From positions 1-47,587 of the forward strand of contig JAADFJ010000039.1 of assembly GCA_013152955.1 (NCBI GenBank): DNA of 47,587 nucleotides, read 5' to 3'. Source of the stretch: Campylobacterota bacterium (lineage in GTDB: Bacteria > Campylobacterota_A > Desulfurellia > JAADFJ01). The position numbers and the translations under genes were made by a program. Below the pieces are notes generated by a model. The model saw only the letters and a program-made list of their open reading frames with translations. It ran no database searches and had not been told where the DNA came from. Each line of letters starts with the position of its first letter. The stretch's first letter is position 1. Below are positions 1 to 9,242 of this stretch, piece after piece.

Positions 1-2
1 CA

Positions 3-983
3 CATAATCGCACTGCCTTTATACTGTTTCTCGGAATGATCGGACTTTTTTCAAGTATCTGCCATCCGGCCGTTATGGGTTTGATATCTGTAGGTATAAA
101 AAATATCGGTACAGCACTCGGAATAAACGGAGTATCAGGAGCAATCGGTTTAACATCGGCACCCTTTATAGGAGCTTTGCTGAACTGGATCGGAGGTTGG
201 CGATTTGCGTTTATCGTCTCAGGCATTGTCGGCCTACTATCCGGAATAATGATGATCATGAGCAAGGTGGAAGAAAGGTCAATTAGGGAAATAAGCGTTC
301 CCAAAACCGGCAATACTTCAAAAAATAACCGTATCAAACAATTTATAATTCTGAGTATAATTATGACCTTAGGCGGATTGGCATACAGAGCAAACTCTCT
401 TGTTCTGCCTTCATATATAGAAATTCATGCTGACTTTTTATCCGGCCTTTTGAACTCGCTTTCATCCGGTCTTTCCGCTGCAAATATAATGGCAGCTTCG
501 GTTCTTGTATCAATTGCATATATATTCGGGATGGCCGGAGCTCTTTTCGGAGGAAAATTAGCCGATCGTTATGAACTGAAACGACTCTATCTGATTTTCT
601 ATTTTATTGTGTTCCCGACAAGCCTTCTTATGGCATCGACCTCAGGATTTCCGTTTGTTATACTTGCCTCAGTTTATCTATTTTTTACACTCGGAACGCA
701 GCCGATCGAAAATAGTCTTGTAGCAAAATATACACCGGAAAAATGGCGTTCAACTGCCTATGGAATAAAATTTATTCTTGTTTTCGGAATCGGTTCCACT
801 GCGGTCTATATTGTAGGATGGATAAAGAAAGCGTACAGTCTTGCGGCAGTTTATAACGCCATAGCTATTGTAATGATAAGTATATCTATTTTGATTGTTA
901 TGCTGATAGCTGTTGCCAAAACGGAAGAGAGCCGCCTTAAAAACAGACTGTCTGCATCCGGCAGTCTGCACCGGTCATTGTAG
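3..983 (+). CDS. MFS transporter (5' truncated by window edge)
   Basis: Frame is open from position 3. Multiple hydrophobic helices; MFS motif-A-like GGKLADRYELKR; GWRFAF. Confidence 0.85.
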   Translation, partial: HNRTAFILFLGMIGLFSSICHPAVMGLISVGIKNIGTALGINGVSGAIGLTSAPFIGALLNWIGGWRFAFIVSGIVGLLSGIMMIMSKVEERSIREISVPKTGNTSKNNRIKQFIILSIIMTLGGLAYRANSLVLPSYIEIHADFLSGLLNSLSSGLSAANIMAASVLVSIAYIFGMAGALFGGKLADRYELKRLYLIFYFIVFPTSLLMASTSGFPFVILASVYLFFTLGTQPIENSLVAKYTPEKWRSTAYGIKFILVFGIGSTAVYIVGWIKKAYSLAAVYNAIAIVMISISILIVMLIAVAKTEESRLKNRLSASGSLHRSL

Positions 984-1155
984 GAAACAAAGGATAAATA
1001 TCCTGATTGCGGAGAAAAAAACAACTCCGGTAGACTGAGTAATTGACGGAGGACATGAAATCTGCAGACTTTACCAATTCTGCCCGGCTTCTTAAACACC
1101 ATATTAGCTCTGCATGCGCCATTACAAAAAAGTTTTACAGATTGATGCTCATGAT

Positions 1156-1179
1156 AAGACCTCTGCACAATAAACAGAT
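1156..1179 (+). repeat. Degenerate solo end of MITE family A
   Basis: AAGACCTCTGCACAATAAACAGAT matches the family A TIR GAGACCACTGCACAATAA(G/A)CA. Confidence 0.55.
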
Positions 1180-1223
1180 GATAATCTTGTCTATAAAAAT
1201 ATAGGTTATTTTTAGAGATACCT

Positions 1224-1937
1224 TTAATTTTTTATAAAAATCGGTTTTGATAACAAAAGAAAACAGGCTGAAGAAAGACCTGCGGCACCAAAAATCATCA
1301 GCATTACCATTATCTGATAACGAGCTGCCATAAAAGGCTCCACTCCGGAGAGAATTTGACCCGTCATCATTCCAGGTATCGACACAAGACCTACTGCAAA
1401 CAGAGCATTCATAATTGGGATCAAAGATGCGGAAAATGCAGCTGCGCGCGCCTTTTCGTAAGGAACATCTCTTTGAATCTCCACACTAAACCGTTCTGCT
1501 GCAAGACTGACGCTGTTCATAGCACTTGCAAAAATCATTCCTGCAAGTGGAATAGCATATTGCGGCTTAAACCATGGTGAAAGATCAAGAACAAATTGGG
1601 TAACAATTAGCAAAACTATCCCTCCCCCGAAAGCAATGGATAATATGGCCTTTTTATAAAGGACTGCCCGTTTGTGCTTCACTGTACGCAAAGCTATCCA
1701 GCTGGAAGAGGCAACCATAACAGCAAAAATTATCATCACCACCCACGCACTATTCGATTTGAATATATAGACTAAAAAATAGCCTATAAGCAAAAGCTGA
1801 AGAAGCATTCGAATTATAGCATAAAGCGGATTGGTAAATTTAAGATGCCATTTATAAAATATTCCGACAACGGCCATAACCGGAATGACAATAAGAGTTA
1901 AATTTGCAATCGGTATTGCCTGAACCAGATCAGTCAT
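1224..1937 (-). CDS. fetB: FetB/YbbM (UPF0014) family ABC transporter permease
   Basis: RMLLQLLLIGY, IPLAGMI, GLVSIPGMMTGQILSG and AARYQIMVM are UPF0014 hallmarks. No ATPase gene is adjacent. Confidence 0.85.
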   Translation of the reverse strand: MTDLVQAIPIANLTLIVIPVMAVVGIFYKWHLKFTNPLYAIIRMLLQLLLIGYFLVYIFKSNSAWVVMIIFAVMVASSSWIALRTVKHKRAVLYKKAILSIAFGGGIVLLIVTQFVLDLSPWFKPQYAIPLAGMIFASAMNSVSLAAERFSVEIQRDVPYEKARAAAFSASLIPIMNALFAVGLVSIPGMMTGQILSGVEPFMAARYQIMVMLMIFGAAGLSSACFLLLSKPIFIKN

Positions 1938-1959
1938 AATATATTTTTATTTTTCTCAA

Positions 1960-2081
1960 GGATACCTCTGTCAATTCATGGTGTTTCAGATCGAAAGCCC
2001 GAATCTGTCTCATCAAAATCGCAACATAAGGAAAACTGTTTGTGGGGCTCAAGTAAGCACTCATAGATCGACAACAGTGCC
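1960..2081. repeat. Inverted-repeat element family B (degenerate copy)
   Basis: ACCTCTGTCAATTCATGGTGTTTCAGATCGAAAGCCCGAATCTGTCT aligns with 29260-29305 and 45772-45819. A weak inverted end lies near 2062-2081. Confidence 0.55.
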
Positions 2082-2623
2082 GTTAATCATCATTTTCCAG
2101 ATAAGCATACAACCAAATCAATACCGCAAAATATGGAAATGTCAAATCCGGTTTAGATAAATTTCTCGTATTGAGTTTAGAAGGTGTTGGGATTTATAGG
2201 CTCTTTTTTTATACTCCTGTTAATTATAGACTCAATTAAAAAATGCAGCGTCTATCCTGACAGAGCAGGACGCAGCAAAACAGATGCTCTCAAAGAAAAC
2301 CTTACTGCTCAAACCGCTTATGACAAATATAAAGATCTATCAAAAATATAGCGTTCGCATTGAAAAAGATACTGCCGATATTTGTACGAAAAAACATGCA
2401 GGAAGGCATGTGCTTGCAGCAATGTCGGCCTATATGATTGCAAAGCACATTACAAATAGATTAAAGAGATTAAACTTCACCCGTCAGTTTATAACAGAAA
2501 GTCTGTATTCATAAGGAAATGCAGGCTTTTTCTGTCACTTTCTCTGCGGAAGTCTCGCTGCAAAAAATAGGTTCGCTTTGTTGATTAATGAACTATTTTT
2601 GGTAGTATTGTAGCGGAGGTAAT

Positions 2624-3406
2624 GTGAGAACTATTTTTATTGGTGATATTATAGGCGGAAAAGGAAGAAGGACTGTAAAAAGACTCTTGGGAAGCATTAA
2701 AGAAAAATTTAAACCTGATTTTATCATAGCAAATGGTGAAAATGCTGCCGGAGGTTTTGGAATTATACCAGATATTGCAGATGAGCTATTTATGTGTGGT
2801 ATTGACATAATTACATCAGGAAACCATATATGGGACAAGAAAGAGATAAATAGTTACCTTGATTCTTATAAATTGATATTGCGGCCGGCCAATTATCCTG
2901 ACGGCATTCCAGGCAAGGGAATAATAAGTTTGACAAAAAATAATAAAACTATCACTGTGATTAATCTTCAGGGAAGAGTATTTATGAATAATCTGATCGA
3001 TTGCCCGTTCAGAACCGCGGATAAATTGCTCTCTTCAGAAGATATATTGAAAAACTCTCCAATTTTTATAGATTTTCATGCAGAAGCTACATCCGAAAAA
3101 CGCGCAATGGTTCATTACCTGGACGGACGTGTAGCAGCGGTTATAGGAACTCATACACATGTTCCAACTGCAGATGCAGAAATTACAAATAATGCAACCG
3201 CTTTTATAACAGATGCAGGTATGACCGGAAGCTTTGACTCTGTTATAGGCTTTAGAACAAAAGAAGCAGTAAATCGGTTTCTATACGGGTTGCCGCAAAG
3301 ATTTGTAACAAACGGAATTGATAAAAGACTATGCGGAGTATTAATTGATACGGAAAATAACAAGGCAAAGTCTATAATACAGCTTATAATAAAAGACAGC
3401 AATTAG
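2624..3406 (+). CDS. ymdB: YmdB-family metallophosphoesterase (TIGR00282-type)
   Basis: GDIIG, NGENAAGG, TSGNH, RPANYP, DFHAEATSEK and GTHTHV motifs. GTG start with GGAGGT RBS. Confidence 0.93.
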   Translation: MRTIFIGDIIGGKGRRTVKRLLGSIKEKFKPDFIIANGENAAGGFGIIPDIADELFMCGIDIITSGNHIWDKKEINSYLDSYKLILRPANYPDGIPGKGIISLTKNNKTITVINLQGRVFMNNLIDCPFRTADKLLSSEDILKNSPIFIDFHAEATSEKRAMVHYLDGRVAAVIGTHTHVPTADAEITNNATAFITDAGMTGSFDSVIGFRTKEAVNRFLYGLPQRFVTNGIDKRLCGVLIDTENNKAKSIIQLIIKDSN

Positions 3407-3443
3407 ACAAATATACCGAGTGCATCTCTTGCATAAATAAACT

Positions 3444-3467
3444 ACCACCGTCAAAGACGGTGGTTTT
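3444..3467 (+). terminator. Hairpin / intrinsic terminator downstream of ymdB
   Basis: ACCACCGTC-AAA-GACGGTGGT, a perfect 9-bp stem followed by T residues. Confidence 0.6.
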
Positions 3468-3741
3468 ATATGTTGAAATAAAATAGCGAAAAAAGCTATA
3501 CCAAATTATGAAGAGCAGATTATGTCTATCTTACCCAATTGAGACCAAATAGTTTAAGACTGTTTAAATGGAAGAGGGTAGCTAAACTGAAAACTTGAGC
3601 AGCAACCGGACCGGATGCTCTCGGACCAAAATTTGCGGGAAGAAATCAAATTTGACGGTTGGATATATAAGAAAAAGCTTTTACGCCATACTATACTAAA
3701 AAACAGGAGACTATTATGCATAAAACAATATTTTAATATAT

Positions 3742-3774
3742 GAGACCACTGCACAATAAGCAAATCCACAGAAG
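3742..3774 (+). repeat. Solo end of MITE family A
   Basis: GAGACCACTGCACAATAAGCAAATCCACAGAAG is nearly identical to the TIRs at 24393 and 44595. Confidence 0.8.
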
Positions 3775-3866
3775 CACCCTAGGGTTGCAATATTTACAAA
3801 AATACTATAAAATAGAACGGGCAGCGTAAAGAAATTTAGTATATACGAAAATGATTAAAGGTTAAA

Positions 3867-4445
3867 ATGACAGATAAGCATATTTCAAAAAGTGTAATAG
3901 AAGCAGTTAAAAAGGTTGATCGAGGGCTTTTTCTGCCTGATCTCGAAAAACGCTATAAGGATATAGATGAACCGATTCCTATAGGTTTCAACCAGACAAC
4001 ATCTCAACCTTCCCTAATAGCTCTTATGATTGATCTCATATCTCCCGCTAAAAGTATGAAAATTCTAGAGATAGGATCTGGATGCGGTTATATGAGCGCT
4101 ATATTATCACAACTTGTCGACAAGGTTTATTCAATTGAGAAAATTCCTCAATTAGCCAAACAGGCAGAAGAAAATTTAAAAAAAGCGAATTGCAAAAATG
4201 TGTATATAAAGGTCGGATCAACTCTCGAAGAATGGAATAAAAAAGCTCCGTTTGATGGTATTATTGTTTCAGCGGCAGCCGGAAAAATTCCGGATCAACT
4301 TTTGAATCAACTTGCCGTAGGTGGAAAAATGGTTATTCCGGTAGGTAATACTCTGAATCAAAAACTTATGCTCATAGTAAAAACAACTGCAGGAAATGAA
4401 GCCCGGTTTGTAACTTACTGTCGCTTTGTACCACTTGTTATGTAA
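3867..4445 (+). CDS. pcm: Protein-L-isoaspartate(D-aspartate) O-methyltransferase
   Basis: PIPIGFNQTTSQP, LEIGSGCGY, APFDGIIVSAA, QLAVGGKMVIPVG and CRFVPL motifs. The N-terminus is somewhat short. Confidence 0.93.
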   Translation: MTDKHISKSVIEAVKKVDRGLFLPDLEKRYKDIDEPIPIGFNQTTSQPSLIALMIDLISPAKSMKILEIGSGCGYMSAILSQLVDKVYSIEKIPQLAKQAEENLKKANCKNVYIKVGSTLEEWNKKAPFDGIIVSAAAGKIPDQLLNQLAVGGKMVIPVGNTLNQKLMLIVKTTAGNEARFVTYCRFVPLVM

Positions 4446-4748
4446 TTTATCTTTCCCAATGAACAATTACTATACATTTAACTGACGTTCTGCTTACCAA
4501 ACAACACGAAAACGGATCGCCGGAAGCAGCTGTCTTGATATGGAGAAACGGTTCTAATGGAAGAAATTTCACCAAAACCGTTTGAGATGAATACAATGAG
4601 TGTGTTAAATGGAAAATCCAAGTCTAACGAAAAAAGGTGAATTTACGGTAGATTGCGGGATATAATCTGACGAAAAATTGATTTTCAGAGATGTTCTGCA
4701 GTCTGAAAACAATATCGCGATCGCGCGCAAAAGACTCAACGCAACAGT

Positions 4749-4798
4749 TTATTAGAGACACTTTTTTATATATGTTATATGTAAAGCGCCTCTAATAA
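4749..4798. terminator. Long hairpin between convergent pcm and CoA-ligase genes (probable terminator)
   Basis: TTATTAGAGACACTTT (4749-4764) and AAAGCGCCTCTAATAA (4783-4798) form a 14/16 inverted repeat, 16 bp beyond the ligase stop. Confidence 0.55.
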
Positions 4799-4814
4799 CT
4801 AACTATTGGACAAA

Positions 4815-6473
4815 TTATTGCTTTCTTAAGATTCTTCTAAGCAATTTTCCAGTTACTGTTCTGGGAAGCGAATCTGTGTATTCTATTTCTCTGGGTAATT
4901 TATAAATAGCTATATATTCTTTACAAAAATCTAAAATATCTTTTGTCAGATCGTCAGATGGCTCAACTCCATTTTCCAAAACAACAAAAGCCTTCGTTTT
5001 TTCTCCTATAATAGAATCCGGAACCCCAACAACACCACAATCTTTGACTTTGTCATGTTTTTTTATGATATCTTCAACTTCAGCAGGTCCTATTCTATAT
5101 CCTGAGCTCTTTATAACATCACTGTCCCTTGCCACAAAATAGACAAATCCATCAAGATCCTGATAAACTGCATCTCCTAAAATATTCCATCCATTCTGCA
5201 CTCTTGACTTCTGTTCTTTCAACAATCTTCCGTTGTCAATATATGGTCTCCAGTAAAGAGCGCCTGTCGGGCCTTTCATTCCAAGCAGACCTATTTCTCC
5301 CGGATGAGTGCAAGTGGTGCATATCTCACCACTCTCTTTAAAGATAGCGAGTTTAAATCCAGGAAGAGCTAAACCGATCGATCTCGGATTAGGTGATTTG
5401 GCAACGGCATTAGATGTTACCAGATGAACCATTTCGGTTGCACCTAAACCTTCAATAATCTGAATTCCTGTTTTTTTCTTCCATGCATCAAAAGTTTCCA
5501 CTCCCAGTGCATCTCCGCCGGTTGTGCACATTCTGAGAGATGAAATATCATAAGAATCAAAGTCTTTCATCTCCAAAAGTTTTCTATACGCAGTTGGCAA
5601 ACCGGTAAGAATAGTGATTTTGTGATTCTGAATTGTACTCATCATCTCGTCAGGCTTAAACTTTCCAATAAGAGAAATCGTACCGGAGTGCCTGAACGGA
5701 ATTAGAGCAAATGTCCCATAGCCTGCAGCAAAACTTACCGGAGCTGCACCTCCAAGCACATCAGTCTCTCCAAATTTCCACACATATTTACCTACAATAT
5801 CCGATTCATATATCAGCTCTCTTGCAAAATGAACGGCTCCTTTGGGAGCCCCGGTGGTACCTGAAGTGTAAAGTAAAACGCCTACATCATCAGGTGAAAC
5901 ATAAGTATACTCGAAATTCTCAGACTCAGCATCGATAAGTTTTTGATACGAGTAAAATCCTTTTGATTCTGCATCAGAAGCGTTGCCGCCAATTATGATA
6001 ACCGGGATTTTGCTGTCATCAAATGACAGTGCTGCCTGCTCTACTGCCGGAGCCAGCGGAACTGAAACAAAGATAGCTGAACTAACAGAATTGTTCACCG
6101 CATAAGCAATCTCATGATGAGACCACAAAGGTGATATCGGAACCGGTATTGCGCCTATTTTCATTATTGCAAAATTTGTCACAATAGATTCCGGAGTATT
6201 GGCGCCTCTCAGAGCAACTCTATCTTGTTCACCTATGCCTAATCTCCTAAGGCTGTTTGCCAGTTTATCGGAATCACGCTTTAGAGCGTTATATGTAACT
6301 TCTATGTTCTGAAATTTAATTGCTACTTTGTCTCCAAATCCTTTTTCAATGTTTCTGTCAAGGAACTCATAACCCAAGTTAACCTTTTCGGGCAGCTCGC
6401 CAAATTCCTCAGGAATGGTATAGTCAGGCCACATCTCTTTTGGCGGCAGAAATTCTTCCGGAATCTTTTTCAT
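4815..6473 (-). CDS. Acyl/aryl-CoA ligase (ANL superfamily; benzoate/2-aminobenzoate-CoA ligase-like)
   Basis: YTSGTTGAPKG P-loop, EGLGATE, GDAV, SSGYRIGPAEVE and LPRTVTGKL. The N-terminal LPPKEMWP resembles 2-aminobenzoate-CoA ligases. Substrate not determined. Confidence 0.85.
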   Translation of the reverse strand: MKKIPEEFLPPKEMWPDYTIPEEFGELPEKVNLGYEFLDRNIEKGFGDKVAIKFQNIEVTYNALKRDSDKLANSLRRLGIGEQDRVALRGANTPESIVTNFAIMKIGAIPVPISPLWSHHEIAYAVNNSVSSAIFVSVPLAPAVEQAALSFDDSKIPVIIIGGNASDAESKGFYSYQKLIDAESENFEYTYVSPDDVGVLLYTSGTTGAPKGAVHFARELIYESDIVGKYVWKFGETDVLGGAAPVSFAAGYGTFALIPFRHSGTISLIGKFKPDEMMSTIQNHKITILTGLPTAYRKLLEMKDFDSYDISSLRMCTTGGDALGVETFDAWKKKTGIQIIEGLGATEMVHLVTSNAVAKSPNPRSIGLALPGFKLAIFKESGEICTTCTHPGEIGLLGMKGPTGALYWRPYIDNGRLLKEQKSRVQNGWNILGDAVYQDLDGFVYFVARDSDVIKSSGYRIGPAEVEDIIKKHDKVKDCGVVGVPDSIIGEKTKAFVVLENGVEPSDDLTKDILDFCKEYIAIYKLPREIEYTDSLPRTVTGKLLRRILRKQ

Positions 6474-6491
6474 TTATCCACACTCCATGCT

Positions 6492-6917
6492 TTAAGTTTC
6501 GAACACGTCTTTATCTACTTCTGAATACTCGCTGACATTGAGCAGGGTATTAAGCGCTTGTTCGACGCCTATCATTTTCGATGTTGTTTTATCCATTCTC
6601 GGAAAAACCTCTTCCGGATAGCTATCCTTCTTGTTTTTATAACATAACAAAGCCGGAGCTGTTCTTCCAAAATCGGGTGCCAATGCTCCTTTGGTTCCGA
6701 ACACCGGACGAATTGATGCAGCAGGTCCATTGCCTGCACGATGATAATCCATAAATGTGTCATCTTCACTTTTGCCGGCAACATCAATTGCTTCCGTTTC
6801 AATTCCTTTTACCTTTAATGCCTCTAAAAGCTCAATAGCCTTGCTGTTGTTGCATGCAAACTGCTTGGCCGGAGAAACATCACTGCTGTAAAAAAATCTG
6901 ATCTTCTCAAATTTCAT
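6492..6917 (-). CDS. Hypothetical protein (141 aa), operonic
   Basis: AGGAGG RBS; 13-18 bp gaps to co-directional neighbours; globular-looking sequence. Confidence 0.8.
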   Translation of the reverse strand: MKFEKIRFFYSSDVSPAKQFACNNSKAIELLEALKVKGIETEAIDVAGKSEDDTFMDYHRAGNGPAASIRPVFGTKGALAPDFGRTAPALLCYKNKKDSYPEEVFPRMDKTTSKMIGVEQALNTLLNVSEYSEVDKDVFET

Positions 6918-6930
6918 CTCATCCTCCTTT

Positions 6931-7293
6931 TTATGTCTTTCTTTGTGCTATATTTTCTATTTCTTTTTCTACAAGCTCTTTATACGCAAAATCAACTCGC
7001 CAATCCATTTTACTATCAAATGCAACCATCATAATTTGATTATTGGTACTCAACTGTTTTTGAAATGTCACGCAAACTTCATGTTTATTCTCACAATAAT
7101 GCACGCCTCTGTAGGCTCCAAAAATTCCAGCATAGCCTGTATCAAGCAATACTTCCCATGCTTTGTCTAAAAATTCTACAATTTTATCATCTTTGTAACA
7201 CTTTTCCCGATATAAGAGCCAAATCTCAGTTTGAGAGTTAGTTTGAGAGGAAGAAGATTTCTCTCCCCCTTCCTCTCGCTTTTTAGAGTTCAA
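6931..7293 (-). CDS. Hypothetical protein (120 aa), operonic
   Basis: TTG start overlaps the upstream stop and the ORF fills the operon gap exactly. Start position uncertain. Confidence 0.7.
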   Translation of the reverse strand: MNSKKREEGGEKSSSSQTNSQTEIWLLYREKCYKDDKIVEFLDKAWEVLLDTGYAGIFGAYRGVHYCENKHEVCVTFQKQLSTNNQIMMVAFDSKMDWRVDFAYKELVEKEIENIAQRKT

Positions 7294-7472
7294 TCGTCTT
7301 TTTCGTATTTATCACATTTTTTCGGTGCAACAAAAGCTCCCAATTCCGCATCCTGAAAAATTCCTTTAGAGAAAGGAAAATCCAGCTTATCGCAGTAACC
7401 ATAAACATGAGGAATCATCTGCGGAGCTAATGCCGGACGAAAATTTTTACAAGATTTGCAAAGTATATCCAT
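7290..7472 (-). CDS. Small four-Cys protein (CX2CX18CX25C), putative Fe-S/metal-binding
   Basis: GGGAGGA RBS; Cys at positions 5, 8, 27 and 53; pattern CKSCKNF...GYC...CDKY. Confidence 0.75.
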   Translation of the reverse strand: MDILCKSCKNFRPALAPQMIPHVYGYCDKLDFPFSKGIFQDAELGAFVAPKKCDKYEKDD

Positions 7473-7484
7473 CTGTTCCTCCCT

Positions 7485-7865
7485 TTATTCTAAAATTTCC
7501 TTCCAAATTCCAGCCTTGAGTTCCTCTGGTTTTAAAGGTCTGCCGGCAACTAAATTACCTCTCACGCTTTTTTCCATATCAATAGGTTTTCCCTGAAAAT
7601 CAGCCCTCGCCTTGGCCGGAGGAGAAACCTTGCCCAAATCATTCATAGGAGTAAAGTTGTTACCTTCTCTTTTTTCAGCATAACCGGGCAGTCTGTATTC
7701 ACTGCCTTTCGCCGCAGTCGGGCCATTCTTGATCTGCCCGTTAACCTTTTTTACAAAATAAAGCTCTCCGCAACCTGCACATTTAAAATTACCTTCATAA
7801 TCCCAAAAAGTATAAGGATCAAGATAATTTGTTACTCCGCACTTTTCACAAGTTAAAATAGACAT
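7485..7865 (-). CDS. Zinc-ribbon-like hypothetical protein (CX2CX19CX2C)
   Basis: CEKCG and CAGCG pairs; GGAGGT RBS; operonic spacing. Confidence 0.8.
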   Translation of the reverse strand: MSILTCEKCGVTNYLDPYTFWDYEGNFKCAGCGELYFVKKVNGQIKNGPTAAKGSEYRLPGYAEKREGNNFTPMNDLGKVSPPAKARADFQGKPIDMEKSVRGNLVAGRPLKPEELKAGIWKEILE

Positions 7866-7880
7866 TCATACCTCCGGTCT

Positions 7881-9242
7881 TTAGATAATACCTTTATCTT
7901 CATAGTCGGTGATCTTTCCATCGTCAAACCCAAGAAGCTTCTGATAAATATAATGATTGTCGGCACCAACAGGTTTGAACGCCCATTTTATTCTTGGAGG
8001 AGTATCGGACATATGAACAAATGCACCCTGAGTCAACACATCACCGAATGACGGGTCATCAATCCATGTAATAGCACCTCGTTCTTGCCAATGAGGATTT
8101 TCAGCAACCTCTTTAGAATTGTAGACCGGCTGACAATTAATACCATGACCGTGCAATATTTCAGCAGTCTCTTCTTTTGTTTTATCAACTGTCCATTTTT
8201 CAATTTCACCATAAAGATATTTCTGACCTTCAGGAGAAACACGCGCGCTATGGCCGGCATAATCATCCAAAAGATCAGTTCTATTCATAAGTTCAGCCAA
8301 ACGGGCAAAATCAGCGTCTTTGTACGCACTTATCAGTATAAAACCTTCTTCCTGCTCTTGAGGATTGTCTGAATCGGGATATGAAGACTTTCCGCACATC
8401 ACAATGCCATGAATGGATAACTCGGTATCCCAATTTCCCCATCTCTGGCGCACTATACCAAATTTGCCCCACATAGGCAACGAATATTCAAGCTGTCTTT
8501 GTACTCCATGAACCTGAGAATACTCTATCATCTGTCCTTCGCCCGATCTGGTATTTCTCCAATAGAGTGCACCCAAAGCTCCTATTGCTCCCATCATTCC
8601 GCCCCAATAGTCGGCAAGCCAAATTGTGTGTTTAGACGGATGTCCACCCATTGTGGCAGGTTGTCCGGTTATTGAAAAATTGCCGCCCTGAGACTGACCA
8701 AGAATATCATACGATGCTCTCGATCTTCCGGGTCCGAATCCGCCGAATCCGCCTTCCCACAAATAGACGAGTCTAGGATTAACTTCTTTTAGCTGACGAT
8801 ATCCGATACCCCATCTATCGAATGTTCCGGGACGATAATTCTCAACCATTAGATCTGATTTTGCGGCAAGGGCACGCATAATTTCCTTGCCCTCTTCCTT
8901 ATGAAAATCTAATCCGACAAAATACTCGTTTGGGTTCGCTCCGAAAAAGCCAAGTCCGGTACCTTTATCAGGATACCATCGTGAAAGAGGGTATAAAAAA
9001 GGCTCGTTAAACGGAGTTGTGTGTCTCATTGGTTCGCCAGCCTTGGGCAGCTCTATTTTGATTACCTCAGCACCAAGTTCGGCAAAATAGCTCGCAGCCG
9101 CAGGTCCCAGAATATATTGCGTACATGACAAAACACGGTATCCTTTAAATGCTTCCGGTTTTTCAAAAACATTCTTGATTCCGAATGTCTTTTCGCAGTA
9201 TTTCTCAAAACTTTCTTTACCATATTCTATATTATTACTCAT
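7881..9242 (-). CDS. Family III (CaiB/BaiF) CoA-transferase, subunit 2
   Basis: GYRVL..ILGP, ELGAEVIKIE, ENYRPG, NPRLVY, GFGGFGP, YDILGQSQGG, and catalytic-position Asp in LADYWGG. Confidence 0.92.
   Translation of the reverse strand: MSNNIEYGKESFEKYCEKTFGIKNVFEKPEAFKGYRVLSCTQYILGPAAASYFAELGAEVIKIELPKAGEPMRHTTPFNEPFLYPLSRWYPDKGTGLGFFGANPNEYFVGLDFHKEEGKEIMRALAAKSDLMVENYRPGTFDRWGIGYRQLKEVNPRLVYLWEGGFGGFGPGRSRASYDILGQSQGGNFSITGQPATMGGHPSKHTIWLADYWGGMMGAIGALGALYWRNTRSGEGQMIEYSQVHGVQRQLEYSLPMWGKFGIVRQRWGNWDTELSIHGIVMCGKSSYPDSDNPQEQEEGFILISAYKDADFARLAELMNRTDLLDDYAGHSARVSPEGQKYLYGEIEKWTVDKTKEETAEILHGHGINCQPVYNSKEVAENPHWQERGAITWIDDPSFGDVLTQGAFVHMSDTPPRIKWAFKPVGADNHYIYQKLLGFDDGKITDYEDKGII

Noticed and set aside
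2160-2623. 6S RNA or a real CDS (2284-2514) upstream of ymdB
   Set aside because: No long rod-like self-complementarity is visible, and the ORF has no RBS or motif.
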